Source: an uncultured Clostridia bacterium (GTDB lineage Bacteria > Bacillota > Clostridia > Christensenellales > UBA1242). Taken from it: a stretch of 32,000 nucleotides of DNA. Shown in pieces: positions 16,147 to 26,600 of this stretch. The translations under genes were made by a program, and so were the position numbers. The stretch spans positions 1-32,000 of the forward strand of contig CALVNP010000035.1 in assembly GCA_944349805.1 (NCBI GenBank), given 5' to 3'. Positions within the stretch are counted from its first letter, which is position 1; every line of letters starts with the position of its first letter. Below the pieces are notes generated by a model that made no database searches, had not been told where the DNA came from, and saw nothing but the letters and a program-made list of their open reading frames with translations.

Positions 16147-17261
16147 AAAAAAAGAAAATACATCTTAGTGGGTTAGAGATAACAATAATTGTTTGTGTTT
16201 TAACGCTGTGTATTTTTGGTTGTATTATGGTGTATAGTGCGAGTTATTATTCAGCTGAAAAAAATTTTAACAACAAATATTTTTTTCTTATCAAGCAAAT
16301 AATAGGTGTTGCTCTGGGAATTATTGGTATGTTTGTTGCAAGAATAATCGACCATAATAAATTAAAAAAATTCAAGTGGGTTGCCGTCATAGTAAGTGTT
16401 GTTTTATTGGTTCTTGTTTTTGTTCCGGGGTTAGGCATAGAAAATTATGGGGCAAGAAGATGGATAGGACTTGGTTTTTTTAGTATTCAACCAAGTGAAA
16501 TAGCAAAATTTGTTTTAGTCTTTTTTTGTGCTGTTCATTTGTCTGACAATTATCAAAAAGTAAAAAGTTTTAAGACGCTTCTTCCACCACTCCTTGTTGG
16601 TGGAATATTCTGTGGACTTGTTATAATTGAACCAAATATGAGCATAACAATGTGTATTGCAATTGTTTTGGTAATAATGTTATTTTTAGGGGGAATAAGT
16701 GCAAAGCATTTTACAATGCTTGCAATTCCGGGAATTGTTGCTGTTCCAACATTAATTTTTATGGAACCATATAGAGTTAAAAGATTGATGGCTTTTTTAA
16801 ATCCTTGGGCGTCTCCTCAGGCAGAAGGGTTTCAGCTAATTCAATCGTTGTATGGATTAGGTGCTGGTGGTTTATTTGGTGTTGGCCTTTTCAATTCTCG
16901 ACAAAAATATAGTTTTTTACCATTTGCCGAATCGGACTTTATTTTTTCAATAATAGGGGAAGAGCTGGGATTTTTTGGTGCAATAGGTGTGATTGCGATA
17001 TTTGTTGTTTTAATTGTTTGTTTAATTATAGTTGCTAAAAATGCTAAAACGAGATATTCAATGCTACTTGTTGCTGGTGTAGCAAGTGTGATTGCAGTTC
17101 AAGCGATATTAAATATTGCAGTTGTTACGGGCAGTATTCCACCGACAGGACTTCCACTTCCTTTTATCAGTGCAGGGAGTACATCACTTATGGTGTTTAT
17201 GAGTGCAATAGGGGTTTGTTTAAATGTTGCAAAGCAAAATACTAAAAAAGTAGCTTTATAA
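16143..17261 (+). CDS. ftsW: SEDS-family peptidoglycan polymerase FtsW/SpoVE
   Basis: 372 aa with about 10 TM segments. Motifs seen: RWIGLGFFSIQPSEIAK, QSLYGLGAGGLFGVGL, PFAESDFIFSIIGEELG and GLPLPFISAGSTS. ATGA overlap with murD. Confidence 0.88.
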   Translation: MKKKKIHLSGLEITIIVCVLTLCIFGCIMVYSASYYSAEKNFNNKYFFLIKQIIGVALGIIGMFVARIIDHNKLKKFKWVAVIVSVVLLVLVFVPGLGIENYGARRWIGLGFFSIQPSEIAKFVLVFFCAVHLSDNYQKVKSFKTLLPPLLVGGIFCGLVIIEPNMSITMCIAIVLVIMLFLGGISAKHFTMLAIPGIVAVPTLIFMEPYRVKRLMAFLNPWASPQAEGFQLIQSLYGLGAGGLFGVGLFNSRQKYSFLPFAESDFIFSIIGEELGFFGAIGVIAIFVVLIVCLIIVAKNAKTRYSMLLVAGVASVIAVQAILNIAVVTGSIPPTGLPLPFISAGSTSLMVFMSAIGVCLNVAKQNTKKVAL

Positions 17262-17540
17262 AAATAACCTTTGCAAAAAGTAACAATAATAACATAATTT
17301 TGTCTTGATAATATAATTGATTTGTTAATTTATTGTTAATAAATGTAATTTTTTAAAAAACATCTATTCACAAATTTAGGCTATATACATAAGTATGGAA
17401 ATAGGTTATGTGCCTTATAGGCAGGAAAAAGTAAGTGTAAAATATTTTTATTGATACACGAAAATAATTTGATAATTAATATAAAATAATTTTATTAAAT
17501 TTTTTAATTAATTAAAAAAATAAAATTTTAAAAAATAAAT

Positions 17541-17564
17541 AAAAAAATCACATTTTTATGTGAT
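17541..17564 (-). terminator. Rho-independent terminator of uvrC
   Basis: ATCACAT (17547-17553), a tttt loop, then ATGTGAT (17558-17564), immediately after the uvrC stop. On the minus strand it is followed by a T7 run. Confidence 0.7.
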
Positions 17565-17568
17565 TTTT

Positions 17569-19389
17569 TTAATTATTTTCATCTTTGTGAAAAAAATCAT
17601 AAATTCTTTTTGCTAAATTTATATCTATTCCTTTTACTAAATTTAATTCTTCAATACTTGCTTTGGCAACTTCTTCATAAGTTTTAAAGGTTCTTATTAA
17701 ATTTTCTTTTTTAATTTTACCCAAACCGTAAATTTCATCTAATGGACTTTTAAATGTTTGTTTGTTTCTTAAACTCTTGTGAAATGTAATTGCAAACCTA
17801 TGCGCTTCGTCTCTTATGTTTTGCAAAATTCTTAATTCAGCACTTCCACGCTTTAACATCTTGGGTGTGCTGTTGTTTGGGAAATATACTTCTTCAAATT
17901 GTTTTGCTAAACTTATTGTGTCAATACCGTATGGCTTTATAACTTCATATGTTGATGATAATTGCCCCTTACCACCATCTATCACAATTAAGTCTGGACG
18001 GTTTTTAAAACTTTCGTTTTCGCCCTTGTCTAATTCTTTTAATCTTCTTGAAAGAGCTTCTTTTAAGCTTGCAAAATCGTTTGGTCCATCAACTGTTTTT
18101 ATTTTAAATTTCCTGTAGTGAGAACGCTTAGGTTCTCCGTTTTCAAACACAACCATAGATGCAACACTTAGTATTCCACTTGTGTTTGAAATGTCATAAC
18201 ATTCAATGCGTTTAGGTAGTCTTGTAAGATTTAATTCCTGTTGCAATTTTTCAAGAGCTCCATAAGTTCTATCAAATTTTTGTTTGTCCTTTGTAATAAA
18301 CTTTTCTAAATGTTCCCTTGCATTTTTTCTTGCCATATCAATGATGGATTTTTTATAACCTTTTTGGGGATATATGATTTCAACTTTAAAACTAGAACTT
18401 AAATATTGTGTCAAAGCATCGATGTTTTCAATTTGATTTCCAATTAATATTGTTTTGGTTATTTTTTGTTTTTTATAATATTGAACAATAAAACTTGATA
18501 AAGCTTCTCCTTCGTCGATGCTGGCATCAATTACACTCAAATTTTGTACACCTAAGATTTTCCCACCACGCACAATAATTACGCTGATTGCACCACTTAA
18601 TCCGTTGCTTTCATAGGCAAAGGCATCAAGAGTGACATCTTTTGGCATATTTGCAATAACTCGGTCTTTTAGCTTTGCAATCATTTTTAGTTGATTTCTA
18701 ATTTCCAAAGCTTTTTCAAAGTTTTCTTTATCTGCTTCAATCTGCATTTTTTCTTTTAAGGCATTTTCTATTATATGGTCATTTCCGTTTAAGAACTCTG
18801 TAATTTTATCTATAATCTTTGCATAATCCTGCTTTGAAATTTTATTGGTGCAGGGAGCACTGCAAAGCCCTAAATGATAATTTAAACATTCCCTTTTTAT
18901 TGGCTTATTTTCTGTCAGCTTTAAATTGCAAGTCCTTATTGGGAAGGCATTATTTATGGTTTTTAAAATTTCACCTGCATTAATACCACCAAAATATGGC
19001 CCGAAGTACTTTGCTTTATCGTTTTTTAATCTTCTTACAATTTCTAACTTAGGAAAATCTTCATCAAGTTTAATTTTTATATATGGAAAAGCTTTTCCAT
19101 CTTTTAAAAGAATATTAAAAAAGGGCTGATGTTTTTTTATTAAGTTGCTTTCAAGAGCTAATGCATCTTGCTCGCTTAATGTTATAAAGTAGTCTAGGTC
19201 ATAAATTTTTTCCACCATTGTTTTTACTTTTTGTGCGTGGGAAGAATTTTTTCTAAAATATGAACTTACTCTGTTTTTAAGGTTTTTTGCTTTTCCAACA
19301 TAAATAACTTCGCCATCTATGTTGCGCATAACATAAACACCACTATTTGTTGGCAAACTTTCCAATTTTTGTTTTAAAATTTCGTTCAT
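17569..19389 (-). CDS. uvrC: Excinuclease ABC subunit C
   Basis: GIY-YIG N-terminus (SGVYVMRNIDGEVIYVGKAKNLKNRVSSYF), a UvrBC domain, an Endo V-like nuclease domain (IECYDISN...DLIVIDGGKGQL) and a C-terminal HhH. The start is set at the ATG at 19389 (MNEILKQKLESLP). Confidence 0.92.
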   Translation of the reverse strand: MNEILKQKLESLPTNSGVYVMRNIDGEVIYVGKAKNLKNRVSSYFRKNSSHAQKVKTMVEKIYDLDYFITLSEQDALALESNLIKKHQPFFNILLKDGKAFPYIKIKLDEDFPKLEIVRRLKNDKAKYFGPYFGGINAGEILKTINNAFPIRTCNLKLTENKPIKRECLNYHLGLCSAPCTNKISKQDYAKIIDKITEFLNGNDHIIENALKEKMQIEADKENFEKALEIRNQLKMIAKLKDRVIANMPKDVTLDAFAYESNGLSGAISVIIVRGGKILGVQNLSVIDASIDEGEALSSFIVQYYKKQKITKTILIGNQIENIDALTQYLSSSFKVEIIYPQKGYKKSIIDMARKNAREHLEKFITKDKQKFDRTYGALEKLQQELNLTRLPKRIECYDISNTSGILSVASMVVFENGEPKRSHYRKFKIKTVDGPNDFASLKEALSRRLKELDKGENESFKNRPDLIVIDGGKGQLSSTYEVIKPYGIDTISLAKQFEEVYFPNNSTPKMLKRGSAELRILQNIRDEAHRFAITFHKSLRNKQTFKSPLDEIYGLGKIKKENLIRTFKTYEEVAKASIEELNLVKGIDINLAKRIYDFFHKDENN

Positions 19390-19395
19390 AATTAA

Positions 19396-19423
19396 ATTAT
19401 AGCAAATGGGCGATAAATTGCAA
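19396..19423 (-). promoter_or_regulatory. Candidate sigma-A promoter of uvrC, positioned for a leaderless transcript
   Basis: Minus strand reads TTGCAA (19423-19418), a 16-nt spacer, then TATAAT (19401-19396), then only 6 nt (TTAATT) before the ATG at 19389. No Shine-Dalgarno sequence is present. Confidence 0.5.
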
Positions 19424-19424
19424 G

Positions 19425-19448
19425 AAAAAAACACGCAAAAAAGCGTGT
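19425..19448 (-). terminator. Rho-independent terminator of the 102-aa ORF
   Basis: ACACGC (19431-19436) and GCGTGT (19443-19448) with a 6-nt loop. On the minus strand the hairpin is followed by a T-run (plus-strand A-run 19425-19430). Confidence 0.65.
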
Positions 19449-19470
19449 TATAAAACTTATTTTGTTTGTG

Positions 19471-19779
19471 CTATTTAGATAGTCCAAAATCATAGTTAGC
19501 ATTTATCCTTGTTGTTTGTCCCTTATTTACAATTCTTACATAAGGATACTCTTTTTCAGGAATAAAATCATAAATGCTATGTGTTTTGGAAATAAAAAGT
19601 TTTATTCTTATTCCTTTAGCTAAACTAATGTTGGCAACAGCTTCTTTAAAAAGCTCAGGGACTTCATAAATTACCATTGAATAAAGTTTTCCATCTTCAT
19701 CAACCAATTTTTGCACAACACTGTTTTTAAGTATTTCCCTTCTGGCTTCTTTTACTGCGTTAACAAATTTTTCATCCAT
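19471..19779 (-). CDS. Hypothetical protein (102 aa)
   Basis: AAGAGG RBS 6 nt upstream of the ATG at 19779 and its own terminator. I recognise no family motif. Confidence 0.6.
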   Translation of the reverse strand: MDEKFVNAVKEARREILKNSVVQKLVDEDGKLYSMVIYEVPELFKEAVANISLAKGIRIKLFISKTHSIYDFIPEKEYPYVRIVNKGQTTRINANYDFGLSK

Positions 19780-19884
19780 ATGTAACCTCTTTTATTTCAA
19801 GAAAAGTATAAATCTAATTTGAAGTTGTGTCAATAGCAAATTTAAAAAATTAACACCAAAGCGCCTTAAAACATATATATTTTT

Positions 19885-20382
19885 GTGAAAGAATTTTTTG
19901 TGGGTGAAAACAACGCTTATTCAAAAATAAATGGAATAAAGCACAACTCGTATTATCAAGGGTTATTGCAAAATCTATATGCTGGTAATGATGGAGAAAT
20001 GGCAAATTTTCTTCAACTCAGTTATCAAAGTTTTATATTGTCTCCTTTTGGAAGTTCTCAAGCAAAAGTGTTTACGGAAATTGCAGAAGAAGACTTTCTT
20101 CACGCAAAATATTTGGCTCAGGCTATAATAAGTCTTGGTGGAGACCCGATTTTTTGCAGTACGCAGGGTAAATGGCTTGGCGGAAGAGTTGTTGACTATG
20201 TAAAAGGTATAAAACAAATGTTGGGGATTAATATTGAAGCGAAAGAAAAATTGATAATAGACTATAAAACTACATTAACAAAAATTGAAGAAATAGAGAT
20301 AAAAAGAATGATTGAAGGCATTTTAAATGAGGAAGAAAATCATCTTTTAAAATTGAAATCCGTTTTTCGCTCCTTACAATAA
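19885..20382 (+). CDS. Ferritin-like di-metal protein (CotJC/Mn-catalase-like or rubrerythrin-like)
   Basis: LYAGNDGEMANFLQLSYQSF resembles the CotJC/Mn-catalase N-terminal helix. There are two ExxH motifs (EIAEEDFLH and NEEENHL). The start is uncertain: GTG at 19885 or 19900, neither with an SD. Confidence 0.6.
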   Translation: MKEFFVGENNAYSKINGIKHNSYYQGLLQNLYAGNDGEMANFLQLSYQSFILSPFGSSQAKVFTEIAEEDFLHAKYLAQAIISLGGDPIFCSTQGKWLGGRVVDYVKGIKQMLGINIEAKEKLIIDYKTTLTKIEEIEIKRMIEGILNEEENHLLKLKSVFRSLQ

Positions 20383-20489
20383 AAAAATAGATAAAAATAG
20401 TTGAATAAAAAATAAAAATTATTTTTATTTATATTTTTAAAATATATAGGAATATTTGTAATTTTTTAGTAAAAAAATACTAATTTTGT

Positions 20490-20519
20490 TTGATAAAAAA
20501 ACCTTAAATAGTGTACAAT
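20490..20519 (+). promoter_or_regulatory. Candidate promoter of the giant gene
   Basis: TTGATA (20490-20495), an 18-nt spacer, then TACAAT (20514-20519). AGGAG RBS at 20568-20572 lies 5 nt before the ATG at 20578. Confidence 0.35.
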
Positions 20520-20577
20520 AATTACAAATAATGGGCTTTTTAATTTTTGCAAAATACAAAAGAGCTTAGGAGTTTGT

Positions 20578-20646
20578 ATGAAAAAATTTAAGGTTTATTT
20601 AATTGCTTCATTTTGTATGCTTGTTGGATTAATTTTGACGGCGTGT
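20578..20646 (+). other. Lipoprotein signal peptide with lipobox L-T-A-C
   Basis: Basic N-terminus (MKKFK), a hydrophobic core, and TTG ACG GCG TGT at 20635-20646 encoding LTAC with Cys23 as the predicted lipidation site. Confidence 0.8.
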
Positions 20647-23600
20647 GGCAATGTAAAGGTAAAGTTTAATGAAAATGAAATAACAATGTCAGTGGGACAA
20701 GAACTTGAACCCTCTGCTTTTTTAATGCTGGAAGGAGTGGAAGTTAAAGATGTTGATTTCCAATCTAGCAACATTGATGTTGTATACATAACTCCCCAAA
20801 ACACATTTGTTGCACGTGGAGTGGGTAGTTGTGTTATATATGCAAATGCTAGTGGAAGTTATTCTCAAATTTCTGTTAATGTTAAAGGAAATCCTGTAAA
20901 CCTAAGCACACCTTTAGGATTGATGTACTCTAATGGAAGATTATCTTGGCAAGAGGTTATTGAAAGTGTAGATGATAAACTATATGTTTGCGATAGTTAT
21001 GAGATTGAACTTATTAAAGATGACGAAACCATTGTTATTAGCAATATTGTTACAAACTATTATGATATAAACGCTTCTGGAGTCTATAAGGCAAGAGTTA
21101 GAGCTGTTGGAAATTCTAATTTTATTCCATCAGAGTTCAGTGAACAAATTGAATTTTCTGCAATATTTGCAGTTACAAATTTAAATTATGATGAAAACAC
21201 ATCATCGTTGGTTTGGACTGATGATAAAAATTCATCTGGAACAATATATAAAATAATTAAAAACGGGGTATATTTAGATAACAAGATAACTAAAAATGAC
21301 AATGTCAATTATAGCTTTAACATAAATGTTGCAGGTGGAGAACCTGTAAGTTTACAAGTTGTTTCTGTAATTGCAGAAAAGTACGAAGCAAAAAGTGATG
21401 TGTTAAAACTTACAAAGTTAAATGCAATAACAATTCAAGTCCTAAACGGAGAAATAACTTGGAACGAAGTTGCTGGGGCAAGTGAATATAGTGTGTTTGT
21501 AGAGAATATTTCAACAGGAGTTGTTGATAATATTTTGGTTGATTCTACAAGTTATAGTGTGTCAGGTAAAAGCGCAGGGCAGTATAAGGTTTATGTAAAA
21601 GCCGTTTCTTCTTCTCAAGATATCTTGCAAAGCGACAAATCAAATGAATTGACAGTAACAAAACTTCCACAAGCAAATTTGTCCTATAATAAAACGGACA
21701 AAACTTTTACTGTTGGAAACACATCTACCTATTCTCCTGTTATTGTAATAAAAAACAGCAGTGGGGAAGTTCAAAACTTAGAAAATGGAACTTATACATT
21801 TGACAAACAAGATTTAGATATGTACTCAATTTGTGCATACTTTAAGGCAACAACAAATGAAGAAATAAATGGAGACTTCTCCAAAACATATAATATATCA
21901 CAACTCGGTACTGCAACTTTAAACCATTTTGAAAATGAAAATTCCAATGTGATTACATTTGATTCCATTTTGAATGCAAACACATATAAAGTATATGTAA
22001 AACAAAACGATGGACAGTATACAGAACTTGCAACTTTTGAAGCAGGTCAAAATTTAAGTGAAACATTTGTTATTGGTCAAAATTTATTTAGTCAAGCAGG
22101 TTACCATACAATAAAGGTTGAAGTTATAAATAATGGTGACGATTATAGCATTTATCTTTCATCAGAAATGACATTAGAAGTTGAAAGGTTGGAAAATGTT
22201 CAAAATGTAATTGTTGAAGATAATCTTGTTTCTTGGGACGCAGTACAAAATGCAGAAGGTTATGAGTATTTCTTTAATGTTTATGGAACTGATGAAATTG
22301 TTGGTGGTGTTCAAAAAACAACAGCAACCAGCATTGCAATTCCACAAACATTGAGTTTTGGCAAGTATTCATTAAATGTTAAGGCGCTTGGAAATAATGA
22401 AAATGTGTTGTCAAGTGTCGATTATAGTCAAAGTCCACAAATCACCATAATTGAGCAATTGCCATCTCCTGAACTAACATTTGACAAAGAAAATAATTTA
22501 TTAACCTTGATACCAAAAGATAGCATACAGGGAACGACCTATAAACTTGAATTTTATAATCCACAAGGAAGTTTAATCTTCTCAGAAACATCACTTCAAA
22601 ATGATAGGTTTGAAAAAAATATACAAGAATTTTTAACTAGCGCTGGCGTTTATAGGGCAACAGCACAAGCAATAAACGTCAATCCACTTGTTGAATATTC
22701 TCCAATTTATGAAATACACATTGAAAAACTTGAAGCACCTAACTATATTAAGGTGGCAAATAATGTTGTTGGAATTGGAGATAGTCTTAATGGAATTGAA
22801 GGAGTGTTGACAACAGATCCAATTTTAGTATTTGTCAATGGAGAAAAAACTTCTGTCCTATTAAATGAAGAAGATGAGTTTAATATTGAAGTTTGTTATC
22901 AATCAGCTCAATTTAGTATTGTTGAAGGAATAAAAACATATTTTGTCAATAGTGACTATTCGGAATTTAAAGTGAATAGGCTTTCCGTTCCTTCAAACAT
23001 AAAATATGATTTTATAAATAAAAAAATTGTTTGGGATTCAGTGTATGGTGCAGATGCATATGGAGTTTATATAAACGGCTCGCTTCAAAGTAAAGTTGAC
23101 ACAAATGAATATGTATATGAAACCAGCAATGCATTTAAATTTAAAATTATGTCCTTTGCAAATGATAATGAAAAATTAGGTAAGGCTTCTCTTGGAAATG
23201 TTGGATATGTTTCATCTCGTTTTTCAGAAGATATTGTTGTAGAGAAGGCAAATAGTGTTACAGGATTAAAACTTGATATAACAGAAGAAACAATTTGTTT
23301 AAGCTGGAATGAGTCAGAAGAGTCTGGATTGATATATTTAATTTATGTTGATGAAGACTTGGTTGGACAAACAGACCAAAATGAATTTGTTTTAACATCA
23401 AGCTTTAGCGAAGCAAAAACTTATGAAATTTCCGTTATTTCAACTTCATTAAATTTGCTTAACAGTGAAAAAAGCTCTGTACAACTCCAAAAACTTGCTT
23501 CTCCTACACAATTAACAAAACAATTAATGTATGACAAGTATAGTTTAACTTTAATTGAAGGAGCTCAATCGTTTAGTGTTGACGGAGTTGTATTGACAGA

Positions 23601-26600
23601 ATTAGATTTGACCAATTTAACAATGAATGATGGCGAAGTGCAAAAAAGAGTTAAATTTAATGCTATTTCTTCGGAATCTATCATAGATGGCCATTATTAT
23701 TTATCAAGCGAAGAGAGTGTGTTTACATTTAAAAGGCTGGCAACTCCAACAAATTTAACATACAAAAATGGAATTGTTGGTTTTGATGAGGTTATAAATT
23801 CTACTTATATTATTGAAATTGAAGATGACAATGGTATAACAACAAGAACTAGCGAAACAAATTCCATAGATTTAAGTGAATTAACAAATGAATTTACATT
23901 CAAAGTGAAAGCTGTTTCTAAGTTTGGAAACTTGCAAGCTAACACCGATGAAATAACCTATTTAGATTCTGAGTTCTCTGATTCTTATTCTGTTATAAAA
24001 GAAAATTCGGTAAGTAATTTAAAACTTGTAAAAACACTAGATGGATTGAAAATTGAATTTAAGTGGAATTCAAAAGAACAGAACACGCCAAACACACCAA
24101 CATTTAAAATTCAAATAGATGGGAAGTATGCTGACGGCGTAATCTCAAATGATGGAAATGTTTATAGTTTTGAATTTGAAGAAAAATTTAATGAAATTAA
24201 GATTTATACAATAAGTGTTCAAGTTGTAGGAGAAAATTTCCTTTCTTCAAATGAAGAAAGCATCTATGTTGAAAGAATTAATGCACCACAAAGTGTATGC
24301 GTTATAGAAGGTGTTGTTACAGTTAACAATGTTCCACAAAATAAAATTGCAAACATTTTAATAAATGGCGAACTGCAAAATTCTATAAATTTAAATACTT
24401 TAAGTGAGAATTCTAATCAAAAAATAAGTGTACAGTACATAGCTCCAAATTTTGAAGATATAACAGATGGACATTATTATTTAGACAGTTTTGAAACTGT
24501 ATTTATGACATACAAGCTTTTCACCCCAACAGATTTAAAAGTTGAAAACGGCAATTTGGTATGGAAGCAAGATGCAAAAGCAAGTTCTTACACTGTAAAA
24601 GTTACAAATTCTACAGGTGAAGAGCTAATTATAGAAAATTTAACACAACCAAATTTAGCTCTTTCAGACGAGCAACTTTTAAATTTTGTAAATGAAATTG
24701 GAAATTACAATGTCCAGGTTAGATACATAACAGATGACATAGCCAATTTGACAGCTTATGTTGAAGAAGAAAACTCTCCAATAGCAAATATAAGTTCTAA
24801 TTATAGTGATGTATTTGTTTTAACAAAACTCAGCGATGTTGGAGTGTTAAATGTTTCTACAAATGATTTAGATCCAGAACAAAAGGAAGTTACAGTCAGC
24901 TGGTCAGCTGTTGAAGGCGCTTCAAATTATTCTGTTTATGTAAATGATATTTTAATAAATACAATTACAGATAATACTATTGTTTTAAAAAGCGAAGTTG
25001 CATCAAGTGGGAATTATACAGTTTCTGTAAGAGCAAATGCTAACGACAAAATAAGTTCAGAAATGTCCTATGTTTCATTTAAAAGACTTGCAAAAGTAAA
25101 TTATGCAAGTGTAGATGCAAATGCAAATGTTACTTGGGAAAAACTTGAAAATTATTCGTATTATTTGATTATGTATATTGACTCAACATCTGAAATATTT
25201 TATGAAAATGTTGTTGAAACAAACAATATTGACTTTTCAGCAAATGAAAATCTATTAAACTTTGCAGGTGGTTATGTTTACTTTAAAGTTTTAGTAAAAG
25301 GTGATGGCACAACAACACTTTCTGGTGATTACTATGAATTCTCTGCTTTAAAACTCTCTGCCCCTAAACTTGTTGTAAAAGCTTCTATGCTTACAATGGA
25401 AGAACAGGGAATTGCATTACAAGGAAGTTATTCTTTTAGTTTAACAATAGAACATAATGGGAAATATGCATTAGATAATTATGGTGCAGAAATTAATAAT
25501 ATAGTTTTTAACAACGGGCAATCTTTCAGTTATCCAAACTCTTGGGACAGTGGAGATTATACCTTTAAAGCAAGAGCTGTTTCCAATACTATAAATGTCA
25601 TCAGCTCTAATGTTTCTAGTGTTACAAAAACAAGATTGGAAACTATTTCGAACCATAAATTTATTCGTGAAACACTTTCTGATGAAGTAAAAACAACATA
25701 TCATAGTGATAGTGCAGTGGAATATTTAAGTGACAAAATCTATATTGATTTTGACGCATCAGAAAATGCAACAAATTATCAATTAAACATTGGTGGTTAT
25801 ACCACAACATTACAACTTTCTAATTCCAGAATTGATATAGATAATGAAATTGATGCTCGTTTAAATGGCAAGTTCACAATCTATGTAACATCTCTTGCAA
25901 CTGATGATTCTAACTTTATTAACTCAGCTAGATATGAAATTACAGGAACTAGACTTTCTGCTTTAAGTTATGATGATTTTAAAACTAACAATGGAAAGGT
26001 TTCTTGGGTTGATAATCAAAATGGTGTAAGTTACTATCTTATTAAAATTTCAGAAGACCAAAATGAACCTTGGGGATATTGGCAGAGCGCTGATTCCAAT
26101 GTTAATTCTGCAAGTTTAAACGGCATAAATGAAGGGACAAAATCTTACAACATAAAAGCGCTGGGAAATATTACAGTAGATGGTGTTTCAGAAAATGTTG
26201 TGTTAGATTCACAATATTTAACACAAACAAAACAGTTTACAAAACTTGCAAAACCTTTTGTTACTGTAAAAAACGGATTTATAACACTTGCAAATAGAAT
26301 AGAAGGGGCTTCATCTTATTATGCAGTTATTGGAGAAAATAGGTATATTTTAGGAGATTATTCATCTCTCACCCCAGATCAAAACGATTTTGTAGGCTAT
26401 AATAATGATTTAGCAAATGCTTTACAATCCAACACACTATATTCTTTACAGGTACAAGCTTGTGGGGGAAATAGTGAAATATATTCTGATTATTCCGATG
26501 CAATAAATGTTAAGTTTTTAAGCAATGCAAATGTTGATACAAACAGCATAAAATTGATGCTTGACCCATCAGGAGATTTGACAAAAACAAAACTTGTTTT

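Noticed and set aside
17396-17455. 19-codon mini-ORF (MEIGYVPYRQEKVSVKYFY) in the AT-rich spacer
   Set aside because: It has no Shine-Dalgarno sequence and no recognisable promoter, and it is too short to evaluate. It is kept only as context for the shared-motif note.
19390-19434. N-terminal extension of uvrC (MFFSCNLSPICYNLI)
   Set aside because: It would be encoded by the upstream terminator and the promoter elements. The conserved UvrC N-terminus begins at MNEILKQ.
20411-20429. AT-only palindrome AATAAAAAT-T-ATTTTTATT after the ferritin-like gene, considered as a terminator
   Set aside because: The stem is purely A/T and the loop is minimal. Such palindromes are expected by chance in DNA this AT-rich, so it is not reported as a feature.
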